The notes under the pieces were generated by a model. The model searched no databases. It worked only from the letters and a program-made list of their open reading frames with translations, and was not told the origin of the DNA. Shown here in pieces: positions 1-7,726 of a stretch of DNA of 14,702 bases. Origin of the DNA: Candidatus Eiseniibacteriota bacterium (GTDB lineage: Bacteria > Arandabacterota > Arandabacteria > Arandabacterales > Arandabacteraceae); contig JBDRNT010000147.1 in NCBI GenBank assembly GCA_043810925.1, forward strand, positions 1-14,702, given 5' to 3'. A program made the translations under genes and the position numbers. Position 1 is the first letter of the stretch. Each line of letters begins with the position of its first letter.

Positions 1-104
1 GCTTCGATCTCGCCCTCCAGGTCATCGAGGAACTGGAAGCGTGCCGCCTTTCTCCTTCCCAACTCCGGAGCTGTATCGAACACACCGGACTTACGCTTTG
101 ACAT
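1..104 (-). CDS. Possible 5' part of a hypothetical protein running off the left edge (MSKRKSGVFDTAPELGRRKAARFQFLDDLEGEIE...)
   Basis: ATG at 104-102 on the minus strand opens a frame with no stop to position 1, and the translation looks protein-like. No clear Shine-Dalgarno and no recognisable family. Confidence 0.3.
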   Translation of the reverse strand, partial: MSKRKSGVFDTAPELGRRKAARFQFLDDLEGEIE

Positions 105-242
105 GCCCGCGTGTTGCATTACTTACGCAGCACTCAATAAGTTAGTCCCGCGACATTATGTAATCAGTCCTCGCTCACCATGGCCGCCAGTTCCTCGTCC
201 CTCAGCTCGCGCCGGAGCAGCTTCATCATGGAGCTCTTGGGG

Positions 243-318
243 TGTCACTAACCGCCCTATGGTCACCACCAGTTTCGCGGATAGGTCACCACCTGTTTTC
301 GCGGTGAGGTGAACCAGG
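243..318 (+). mobile_element. Orphan IS21-family-like terminal end (TGT terminus followed by three ~23-24-bp-period repeats)
   Basis: TGTCACTAAC at 243, then CGCCCTATGGTCACCACC (253-270), CGCGGATAGGTCACCACC (276-293) and CGCGGTGAGGTGAACCAGG (300-318). TG termini with multiple subterminal repeats are characteristic of IS21 ends. No istA/istB in the window. Confidence 0.45.
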
Positions 319-324
319 GGCGGC

Positions 325-410
325 GATCCACAGCGCGGGATAAGCGCTCCCTGCCGACCGCGATCAGGGGGGGGCGGAAAGAGCCTGCCGGGCGGGGGAG
401 CGGGGGAGGC
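325..410 (+). repeat. Two copies of the CCTGCC/G-rich intergenic repeat family
   Basis: GATCCACAGC...CCTGCCGACC (325-359) resembles 9134-9166. GCCTGCCGGGCGGGGGAGCGGGGGAGG (383-409) is nearly identical to 5728-5755. Confidence 0.75.
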
Positions 411-441
411 GTTTCCGCTTCAAGAACACGGTCATGGGGCA

Positions 442-2685
442 TCACGGCAATTTGCAGAACATCTCCCATTCTTCTTTCACCTTCACCATCAAGCGCCGGA
501 ATCTCCCATCCTCTCGGAGGGACTCGAACGACGTGTCACAGCTCGAAAGGAACGGATAGTTCACAAATCCGCACTTCACCGCATTCTCCAGCCAATCGAG
601 AGCTTCATCATGCATGCCTAGAAGGGCGTATCCCGCCGCGATCCTCCACGAGTACTCGAGATCCCTCCGAGAGGTTTTTGTCACCGCCTTGTCTATTTGC
701 ATCTCAGCCCTTGAACGCTCCCCGTTCCTTGCGTAGAGAAGAAACAGCAACAGACGGTCAAAGTCCAGCTTCGGCGAAGCGCCTTCTGACATTGCCATTA
801 ACGGGTCAGTCTCCGCCAACCTCCCTCCATATACAAGTGCGAAAGCATAGTGCATCCGAATTGCGGCATTGTCCGGCTCAAGCCCCCAGGCCACACGACA
901 GGCTTCAATCGCATGATTGAAACGGCCGCCCATGAAAGCAATCTCCGCACTGACGATGTGTCCGATCGGCGTCAGAGGATCTACTAGGAGAATTCTCTCA
1001 GGAATAGTCTCCGTCGCGGTCAGATTGCCTACCAGTGCATAGGTATGACAAAGCCAGTATAGACAGTCCACATTATTCGGCTCAATCTCCAGAGCGCGCT
1101 TCAAGTGCCCAATCCGAGAGCGCTGATCTCCCCGAAAAGCCCCGGACACCTGGCCTAGTACCAAATGGCCTAATGGTAGGTTTGGGTCGATTTCAAGGGC
1201 CTTCTGTGCCAATTCCTCCGCCTTGTCAATCTCTTCCTCCTGCCCCAGCCCCATGTTCACTTGGTGCCAGTACGCATAAGCCAACCCGGCGTACAATGCA
1301 GCATTCTCCCCGGCAATCTTCAATCCAGCTTCAAGGTATCGAATCGCCCCTCTTGAAGCGGACGCATTGTATCGCCATAGTTCACGGCGAGCCCGCAATA
1401 GGTATTCGTATGCCGTTACATTCGATACCTCTCGCGAGATCAGTTGCTGCCGTTCAACCGTGCTTAGTTTTAGCTTCAAGGCTTCGACGATGTCCTGGGA
1501 AACCTGCGTCTGCAGAGAAAAAACGTCGCCCAAGACACCCGTGTAGTGCTCCGCCCATACCTGGCTATCCCGCTGGGCATCGACCAAGCGGGATGTGATG
1601 CGCAGTCGGCCACCCGCTTTGCGTACACTGCCCTCAAGCAGATACTGGACATTGAGTCGCGCGGCGATCGTCCGAGTATCGTGCTGCGAACCTCGGAGCT
1701 TCATCGCGGAACTCCGCGATATTACTCTCAGGGGCCCAATTCTCGAGAGGTCTGTGATGAGCTCCTCGGTGAGCCCGTCAGCGAAGTACGCGCTGTCCTG
1801 CTCAGGACTAAGGTCTTCAAAGGGGAGTACGAGAATGGACATTTCGTCTGTATGTTCTGCTTGATTCTGTGCTCTGTCGGGCGAGTTGGTTATTGCGGAT
1901 TGGAACTCGTTGGCAGTCGCGAGACGTAGGTCCCTGTCCTTCGCGAGCATGTTTACAATTGCTTGCTCGAGATTCGTCGGGATCTCTGGTTGGAAGGCGG
2001 TGGGCGGCGTCACATCGGCATTGAGTATCAAGTAGATCAGCGCGGCCTCGTTGTCGGCACGGAAGGGACGGTAGGTCGTTAGCATTTCATAGAGGACGGC
2101 TCCGAGAGACCACAGGTCTGTCCGGTGGTCTACCGGTTCCCCCCGTATCTGCTCAGGAGACATGTAGGCGACTGTGCCGACCATAGTTCCCGGCCTTGTG
2201 ATGGCTGTGCCCCCCCTCATACGGGCGAGGCCGAAGTCCATGACTGTCGCTTTGCCTCTCGCCGTGAGCAGGATATTCTCTGGTTTGATGTCCCTGTGAA
2301 CGATCCCTTTCTCGTGTGCTTCCTTAAGACCATCAGCAATTTGGTCGGCTATTCTCACCGCTTCTTCAATCGGGACTGGTCCCCTCTGAATCTTGTTGCG
2401 CAGACTCTCCCCGTCGTAGTAGGCCATGACGATAAACAGACGTCCCTCCGGGGTTTCATCGATCTCGAAGATAGTGCAGACATTGGGATGGTCGAGGGCG
2501 GACGCTGCTTGGGCCTCGTGAAGGAATCGTTGTTTGGCTTGGTCGTCCTGTGTCAGCTCGGGAGGCAGAAACTTGATGGCCACGGTTCGCCTGAGCTTCG
2601 TGTCCTCGGCCTTGTAGACCACGCCCATCCCTCCCTCGCCGATCTTCTCAAAGATCTTGTAGTGGGAGATGGTCTGGCCGATCAT
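442..2685 (-). CDS. Hanks-type Ser/Thr protein kinase with TolB-like N-terminal-type domain and TPR repeats
   Basis: Intact kinase motifs GEGGMGVVY, VAIK, HRDIKPEN, DFG, MSPE and DLWSLG. These are followed by SILVLPFEDLS...YFADGLTEELITDL...LRVISRSS...LLEGSVRKAG (TolB-like module) and TPR-like helices. MIGQTISHY (ATG 2685) is the typical start of this family; the ORF track extends it to 2703. Confidence 0.93.
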   Translation of the reverse strand: MIGQTISHYKIFEKIGEGGMGVVYKAEDTKLRRTVAIKFLPPELTQDDQAKQRFLHEAQAASALDHPNVCTIFEIDETPEGRLFIVMAYYDGESLRNKIQRGPVPIEEAVRIADQIADGLKEAHEKGIVHRDIKPENILLTARGKATVMDFGLARMRGGTAITRPGTMVGTVAYMSPEQIRGEPVDHRTDLWSLGAVLYEMLTTYRPFRADNEAALIYLILNADVTPPTAFQPEIPTNLEQAIVNMLAKDRDLRLATANEFQSAITNSPDRAQNQAEHTDEMSILVLPFEDLSPEQDSAYFADGLTEELITDLSRIGPLRVISRSSAMKLRGSQHDTRTIAARLNVQYLLEGSVRKAGGRLRITSRLVDAQRDSQVWAEHYTGVLGDVFSLQTQVSQDIVEALKLKLSTVERQQLISREVSNVTAYEYLLRARRELWRYNASASRGAIRYLEAGLKIAGENAALYAGLAYAYWHQVNMGLGQEEEIDKAEELAQKALEIDPNLPLGHLVLGQVSGAFRGDQRSRIGHLKRALEIEPNNVDCLYWLCHTYALVGNLTATETIPERILLVDPLTPIGHIVSAEIAFMGGRFNHAIEACRVAWGLEPDNAAIRMHYAFALVYGGRLAETDPLMAMSEGASPKLDFDRLLLFLLYARNGERSRAEMQIDKAVTKTSRRDLEYSWRIAAGYALLGMHDEALDWLENAVKCGFVNYPFLSSCDTSFESLREDGRFRRLMVKVKEEWEMFCKLP

Positions 2686-2856
2686 CACAGCCCCCAAGCG
2701 CATGTGAGGAGTGACTTGTCGGTGATCATTGTAGCATCAGTACTGGAGGATTCCGACATGAAGGACTCGCGAGGAGGATCATCTGCTGGTGGAAGGAACG
2801 CGTCCTCCCCAACCTCCCATAGGCCGCGTTGTTGAACCAGACCGCTTCGCGGGACT

Positions 2857-3468
2857 CACGTAATCCGCTAGGAGTAAACGGAACGGTCGCAGGTTCGCAT
2901 TTCCGCAAACCGCGTCTCTGTAAGTCGCTATAATTATTGAAGATAGAACTGGCTCCCCAGGTAGGACTCAAATAACAACTTTTGGGCGGGAATGTCGGTT
3001 GGCTAAGTCGCGACGGACAGCGCGGTTACAGGCTTGCACTTTCGGGCTCTCGCCTGTGGCAGCAGAGACTCAGGGACTTTCGGCCGTTTTCACGGGATCA
3101 CGCCTGAGATCGGCCCTCTCGCGAGGCCGGGAATCGGGCCGTTTCGTCGGATTGCCCGTATGCTGCGGCCTTCCAACTCGCTCCTTGGCTTCAAGCTACC
3201 CCACCCATTGTGCCCGAGCCCCGTGCGCATTCCCGTGAGATCCCGGTACGAGATGCCTGCCGCCACGAGGCCAAACCGGCACAGCAGCCGCGCCTCCACA
3301 CACGCCAGTATTATTATAGAGGGCAAATCTATCGCAGCGCCCCCCCCGCAATCACTGAATCAGAGAGCCAGGGCCGCGAATCCAGCCTTGCTGGGGCAAA
3401 ATCGACCCAGATCTCGGCTTTCCGTAACCTCTGTGAATCCAACGCCGACGGAGTTTTCGATAGGCACA
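2857..3468. repeat. Copy 1 of ~610-bp diverged non-coding direct repeat (island junction / attP-like region)
   Basis: Collinear blocks shared with 13946-14553: CACGTAA, AACGGTCGCAGGTT, a 45/46-identical block (2947-2992), GGCTAAGTC, GCTCTCGnCTGTGGCAGCAGAGACTCAGnGACTTTCGG, CGGATTGCCC, GGCTTCAnGCTAC, ATAGAGnGCnAATCTATCGC, GGGCCGCGAATCC and GTAACCTC. Confidence 0.92.
2950..2969 (-). mobile_element. att core: 3' fragment of tRNA-Asn (T-arm 3' half, acceptor stem 3' strand, CCA)
   Basis: The minus strand reads (TTT)GAGTCCTACCTGGGGAGCCA, matching a tRNA end TTCGAGTCCTAC-CTGGGGA-G-CCA. A72/G73 with GGAGCCA is typical of bacterial tRNA-Asn. The 5' part of the tRNA is absent. Confidence 0.85.
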
Positions 3469-3570
3469 GGCGGAGCGGGCACCGTTCGGCGCGCTGCGTC
3501 TGAGACTCGGGTCCTTTGAGCGCTGGTTCATTCCTAGATTGCGGTTAGCCATGACGCAGCGGAGGAGGAA

Positions 3571-5340
3571 ATGAGCAATATAGGAGAGTTGCAGGTCTCG
3601 TACACAGCAAGGGGCCTGGTACGCTATCAGGTTAGGGTTGAGCACCAAAGCCTTCACAAGGTTCAGGAGATCAAGGGCGACAACCAGGCAATAGTGCTTC
3701 AGAAGGCGTATGCCGTGGCGGCGCGATGGGATGAGATGTGGGAAGCCCGCCAAGAGACAGAGAGGAAGCGCAAGGAGCGAGCAACCGCCGCCAAAGATGT
3801 CGAGGCGAAGAATCAACTTGCGGCGGAACGCACACGAGAGGCTCAGGAATTACACGAGTTTCTCAATCGGACTCTCGAGAACACACTCTCCATCGATGAC
3901 ACGATCGACTGGGACGGCCTGATTGACGATTCTGAGTACCCGGAGCCGGACCCCCAACGTCCCGCAAACCCTCCTCCCCCTGGAGCTCCCGAAGCTCCAA
4001 GAGAACCACAAGCGGACGAGCCTTGTTTCCAGCCGAAGCTAGGATTGATAGACCATCTGGCACGTGGGAAACGAGCGAGAAAGGAGACGGCTGCTAGGGA
4101 AGCGTTTGAAACAGCACACCGGGAGTGGGAATCAACCATATCCGACCAGAAGCAAAAGCACAGCGAGGCCATAGAGAGACACAAGCGAGCGTTACGAGAA
4201 GCGGGTCAGAAACACGAGGAGGCTCGGCGTCACTGGCAGGCGGAGCGGGAGAAGTACAAGAAGGCGCAAGGTGAGCGAAACGCTGAGGTTGAAACGAAGC
4301 GTCAAAGCTACGCAGCTGGAGATCCAGACTCGATAATGGACTACTGCGGAATGGTGCTGGATAATTCCTCCTACCCGGACTTCCTACCTCAATCGTACGA
4401 TCTCGAGTACAATCCCGAGAACCGCATTCTCATACTAGACTACCGCTTGCCGTCACCACAGGACCTTCCAACGCTGGTCGAGGTCCGGTATGTGAAGTCT
4501 AAAGACGAGTTCACTGAGAAGCACCTGTCAGATTCCAAGCTCAACCACCTGTACGACGATCTGCTGTACCAGATTGCCCTTCGCACGATACACGAGCTCT
4601 TCGAGGCCGACGTGATTCGCGCCATCGATAGCATTGTCTTCAACGGGTACGTCGAGTCAATCGATGCGGCCACGGGCCAGGAGACCAACGCCTGTGTTCT
4701 CACGGTGCAGGCTTCCCGCGAGGAGTTCGATGGTATTAACCTTGCGGCGGTCCAACCCCGAGCCTGCTTCAGGAAACTCAAGGGCGTGAGCAGCGCCCGA
4801 TTGCACAACCTGGCTGCTGTTGCTCCGATACTCGCACTTTCGCGAGAGGACAGGAGGTTCGTTCCTTCGCACGCTGTGGTCGATGCAATTGCGGAAGGAG
4901 ACAACCTTGCCGCAATGGATTGGGAGGATTTCGAGCATCTCATTCGGGAACTCTTTGAGAAGGAGTACTCGGTCGTCGGTGGGGAGGTGAAGGTGACTCG
5001 CGCCAGTCGCGATGGCGGCGTCGACGCTGTGATCTTCGACCCTGATCCGCTTCGAGGTGGCAAAACCGTAGTCCAAGCAAAGAGGTACACTAACACGGTG
5101 GGAGTCAGCGCCGTCAGGGACCTATATGGCACCGTATTGAATGAGGGAGCCAACAAGGGGATCCTCGTTACGACCTCGGACTATGGCCCCGATGCCTATG
5201 CGTTCGCGAAGGGCAAGCCCCTGGTCCTGCTGAGCGGTGGGAATCTACTGCACCTTCTCGCAGAGCACGGACACAAGGCGAGGATCGACCTCCAGGAAGC
5301 GAAGAGGCTAGCGGCTGAGAAACAGCAGGCAGAACACTAA
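3571..5340 (+). CDS. Mrr-family restriction endonuclease with long N-terminal coiled-coil/Pro-rich extension
   Basis: C-terminal Mrr_cat motifs WEDFEHLIRELF, SRDGGVDAV, VVQAKRY, VGVSAVRDLYG and KGILVTTSDY. SD GGAGGAGG lies at 3561-3568. Confidence 0.9.
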   Translation: MSNIGELQVSYTARGLVRYQVRVEHQSLHKVQEIKGDNQAIVLQKAYAVAARWDEMWEARQETERKRKERATAAKDVEAKNQLAAERTREAQELHEFLNRTLENTLSIDDTIDWDGLIDDSEYPEPDPQRPANPPPPGAPEAPREPQADEPCFQPKLGLIDHLARGKRARKETAAREAFETAHREWESTISDQKQKHSEAIERHKRALREAGQKHEEARRHWQAEREKYKKAQGERNAEVETKRQSYAAGDPDSIMDYCGMVLDNSSYPDFLPQSYDLEYNPENRILILDYRLPSPQDLPTLVEVRYVKSKDEFTEKHLSDSKLNHLYDDLLYQIALRTIHELFEADVIRAIDSIVFNGYVESIDAATGQETNACVLTVQASREEFDGINLAAVQPRACFRKLKGVSSARLHNLAAVAPILALSREDRRFVPSHAVVDAIAEGDNLAAMDWEDFEHLIRELFEKEYSVVGGEVKVTRASRDGGVDAVIFDPDPLRGGKTVVQAKRYTNTVGVSAVRDLYGTVLNEGANKGILVTTSDYGPDAYAFAKGKPLVLLSGGNLLHLLAEHGHKARIDLQEAKRLAAEKQQAEH

Positions 5341-5379
5341 CCTTGATTTTGCATAAACTGCGACACCGAATTCGGTGGG

Positions 5380-5514
5380 CGGGAGCCAGGGGGCCAGGGC
5401 TGGCTTGCTCAAACAGTCCTCGCGCGCCGACCCAAACATTTAGGCGTCCCGCCACAGAGGGTGAGGCCGGCGCGCTGCGGAACTCGCCGCTCAGCCCTAA
5501 CCCCCTGGCTCCCG
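5380..5514. other. Long imperfect inverted repeat (rod-like hairpin, ~135 nt)
   Basis: CGGGAGCCAGGGGGCCAGGGCTG (5380-5402) pairs with CAGCCCTAACCCCCTGGCTCCCG (5492-5514) at 21/23 positions. GCGCGCCG (5422-5429) / CGGCGCGC (5468-5475) is nested inside. A perfect palindrome CACCGAATTCGGTG (5364-5377) precedes it. Confidence 0.7.
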
Positions 5515-5707
5515 ACTTGGCCCGAGACGAGCGATTTTTTGGAAAATCGAGGCTAATCCACGCGGCGCGGCTCATGGTTCCGCTCATAGACCATAGGCTC
5601 TGCCGAGCTCCACGAAGAGCTAATCGGCGTGGTCGGCGTTTTCACGTCGACGCACATCAGCTGCGGCGCGTGTGCGTCGCACCGTGGTTTGCGGGGAGCG
5701 CCGCGAC

Positions 5708-5755
5708 GACCCACTGCGCCAATCTGCGCCTGCCAGGCGGGGGAGCGGGGGGAGG
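5708..5755 (+). repeat. CCTGCC/G-rich intergenic repeat copy
   Basis: GACCCACTGCGCCAATCTGCGCCTGCC resembles GATCCACAGCCAGGCAATCCGCGCCTGCC (9134-9162). Positions 5728-5755 differ from 383-409 by one substitution and one extra G. Confidence 0.8.
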
Positions 5756-5831
5756 GGTGGCCTATGTGGTATTGATGGCGATTGCATCTGATAGGCATAG
5801 CCCAATTCCCCGGCGAGGAGGTCTTCGGATC

Positions 5832-6506
5832 ATGAAATACCTGTTGATTCTAACCGCAGTGGCTATCTGCTCCCCCGTTTTCGCTCAGACCTTTTCTGAC
5901 GGGACGTTTTCGTCTTCAGACTGGTCACTCCTAGTCATTGAATTCGGCCCCGGCGGTTCGGCAAGCGCCTACCAGGAATCTGCCGGTGGAAATCCTGGGT
6001 CATTCCGCTGGTACACGCACACAGTAAACGAACCAACGCCCACTGAGGGCTCCCTAATTCACGTCTATCATATTCGAGAGGATGCGGTCTGGGATCCTTC
6101 TGCGGATGGACCCATCGAGTCAGTCGGCTTCAGCGAGGATCGGATGACGGAGGAGATCACTTCCACCATTATGATCGGGGGGACCATCGCCTTACGGCAG
6201 AACGGTGTGTTCTTCTGGTCTAACACGGCTTACACTATTGACCATGGAGGCTGGCAGACGCTGTCCGCAGGAGGTCTGCTGTCTTCTGACTTCCGGGCTT
6301 CTGTGGACTCAACGCTTCACCCTGACTTCACGACAATGGGTGAACCAATATACTTCGGATTCATGCGGGCGAATTCTCGCGATGCCGGATATCCCGGCAC
6401 TGTGACGACCAGTGGGGGCACTGACAACTCGTCGGTGAGCGTCACGCCCTCGCCTGTGGCCGTTGAGTCTGCATCGTGGAGCCAGATCAAGAGGCGGTTT
6501 CGCTAG
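5832..6506 (+). CDS. Secreted hypothetical protein (224 aa) with C-terminal W-x-x-I-K-x-x-F-R tail
   Basis: SD GAGGAGG (5815-5821) precedes ATG 5832. Signal peptide MKYLLILTAVAICSPVFA|Q, a beta-rich S/T/G/D body, and the end PVAVESASWSQIKRRFR. The upstream extension to 5343 in the ORF track is non-protein-like and crosses repeats. Confidence 0.85.
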   Translation: MKYLLILTAVAICSPVFAQTFSDGTFSSSDWSLLVIEFGPGGSASAYQESAGGNPGSFRWYTHTVNEPTPTEGSLIHVYHIREDAVWDPSADGPIESVGFSEDRMTEEITSTIMIGGTIALRQNGVFFWSNTAYTIDHGGWQTLSAGGLLSSDFRASVDSTLHPDFTTMGEPIYFGFMRANSRDAGYPGTVTTSGGTDNSSVSVTPSPVAVESASWSQIKRRFR

Positions 6507-6512
6507 AAGGCG

Positions 6513-6539
6513 CACGCCCTGCCGGGCCGGGAAGGCGTG
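6513..6539 (+). repeat. CCTGCC-containing hairpin directly after stop codon
   Basis: CACGCC-CTGCCGGGCCGGGAA-GGCGTG begins 7 bp after the TAG of 5832-6506 and has no U-tract. Confidence 0.5.
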
Positions 6540-6573
6540 ACGCCATGAACCCGTATTGCAGGAGGTTGTAGTC

Positions 6574-7338
6574 TTGACTCTTGTGTTGTCTGAATTGAGC
6601 ACGCTCGGGATTGCGATGGCTGCTGATTCCGCAGTGACCTATACCCATAGTCTGACCGGTCTAGCGCATGCACACCCAAACGCAGCTCGGAAGTTGCACT
6701 CCGTTCCCTATCTCAGCGCCGTAATTTCTTGCTGGGGAGTCGGCACCATCGATGATACGCCCACTGATGAGTGGTTGGCTTCATTCATTAGTAGCAGCAC
6801 CTCTGCCGGATCACTCACAGAGTTCGCTGAGTCCCTCGCAGATAGCCTGAACCGGCTTGTTATACCAACGAGCACGAACGAGAGCTCTCTGGGATTCCAT
6901 CTCAACGGATTCGAACCCCATGAGGGCGAGCGGTATCCTTCGTCTTTCCACATTCACGACGGTATGAGCACAACCCTTCGTGATCGGGGAATCTCAGTCG
7001 ATCCCCACAGATTCAACGCAAACCATGATATTCCTCCAAGTCTCTTTCGAGAGATGGCCGCACGCAACGAAGCGTGGATTACCCGGAACGGTGACTATCG
7101 CTTTTACGCAGAGATCTTCCAGCGGCTGGAGGCGTTCTTCGCCAGTCTTCGGTCCCACGGGATCATGATCCCTGATTCTCACACCATCGCTGACCGAGCC
7201 GAGTACTTGGTGTTTCAGATTCGCACAGTTTCACATCTATACCGCCTGAGCAATCTTGTCCCGGGCATCGGTGGAGGAATCCGGTACATGACCATTACGC
7301 CCGCCGGCATTGAAAGCGAAGGAGTACAATACTACTAG
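6574..7338 (+). CDS. Ntn-hydrolase fold protein, proteasome beta / HslV / Anbu-like (254 aa)
   Basis: SD GGAGG (6561-6565) precedes an in-frame TTG at 6574, giving (M)TLVLSELSTLGIAMAADS. This places Thr1 and Asp17 at proteasome-beta spacing, with an ARKL lysine motif and a C-terminal GIGGGI resembling the SGG motif. Confidence 0.75.
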   Translation: MTLVLSELSTLGIAMAADSAVTYTHSLTGLAHAHPNAARKLHSVPYLSAVISCWGVGTIDDTPTDEWLASFISSSTSAGSLTEFAESLADSLNRLVIPTSTNESSLGFHLNGFEPHEGERYPSSFHIHDGMSTTLRDRGISVDPHRFNANHDIPPSLFREMAARNEAWITRNGDYRFYAEIFQRLEAFFASLRSHGIMIPDSHTIADRAEYLVFQIRTVSHLYRLSNLVPGIGGGIRYMTITPAGIESEGVQYY

Positions 7339-7427
7339 AAGACTCTCTGGTCGACCGATCCTTGAGCACTGGTTTGGCACGGCTCTTCAGCGGAAAGGGC
7401 GTAAGATGGGCGTCTCAGAAAAGAAGG

Positions 7428-7694
7428 CTATTCTAGTTGGTCCTCCAACAACATCATCATGAACTCCAATTCTTCAACTTTGGCCTGAAGATCCGAGATT
7501 TCGGACTCCTGCCCCTTCAGTTGTCTTTCAAGATCATCGATACGCGACTCGGCGTCTTCGATGCGCATCGAGGCGTCTGCCAGGTTAGCTCTTAGAGCCC
7601 GACCTTCTTGACATCCACATGATCCGATTACAGCCAAGACAGCCGCCAGGCAGAACAGACGGTTCACCTTCCGAAATACAAGACTTCCCCCCAT
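7428..7694 (-). CDS. Small exported/lipoprotein-like coiled-coil protein
   Basis: Basic N-terminus, a hydrophobic stretch ending VIGSC (lipobox-like), then heptad-patterned IEDAESRIDDLERQLKGQESEISDLQAKVEELE. Confidence 0.6.
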   Translation of the reverse strand: MGGSLVFRKVNRLFCLAAVLAVIGSCGCQEGRALRANLADASMRIEDAESRIDDLERQLKGQESEISDLQAKVEELEFMMMLLEDQLE

Positions 7695-7726
7695 TGCGCA
7701 TTGTTCCTTCCTGAGAAGAATCTAAT

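Noticed and set aside
139-166. dif/Xer-like site (TTATGTAATCA resembles an XerD arm)
   Set aside because: The XerC-side arm lacks the expected ATAA dyad, so this is a half-site resemblance only.
367-409. G-quadruplex as the function of the G-rich tracts (also 5736-5760)
   Set aside because: The tracts do not cleanly give four G3 runs with short loops, and most family copies lack them.
309-2835. Long + strand ORFs opposite the kinase, and similar antisense ORFs over mrr, the glycosylase and the SBBP gene
   Set aside because: These are shadow ORFs of GC-rich coding sequence with no motifs.
2929-2934. TATAAT -10 box beside the att core
   Set aside because: There is no -35 element and it is not conserved in copy 2, where the same position is an IHF-like AT-rich site.
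2950-3025. Complete tRNA gene on the minus strand (likewise 14046-14121)
   Set aside because: Only the last 20 nt match. There is no T-stem 5' strand (GTAGG), anticodon arm, D-arm or TCCCCAG 5' end.
2999-3519. ORFs within the long repeats (2999-3238, 3034-3519, 3090-3326, 3210-3503 and 14090-14565)
   Set aside because: Frames are not preserved between the two copies and the translations are not protein-like.
3487-5479. 12-bp direct repeat CGGCGCGCTGCG (3487-3498, 5468-5479) around mrr
   Set aside because: It is almost all G/C and plausible by chance in this window, and it is not positioned at clear boundaries.
5380-5514. 6S RNA assignment for the rod hairpin
   Set aside because: It is shorter than typical 6S, lies in an accessory island, and has no recognisable 6S sequence motif. 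It is kept only as an unassigned structure.
5343-5831. N-terminal 163 codons of the 387-aa ORF
   Set aside because: Arg/Pro/Gly-rich translation through hairpins and repeats. The SD and signal peptide indicate a start at 5832.
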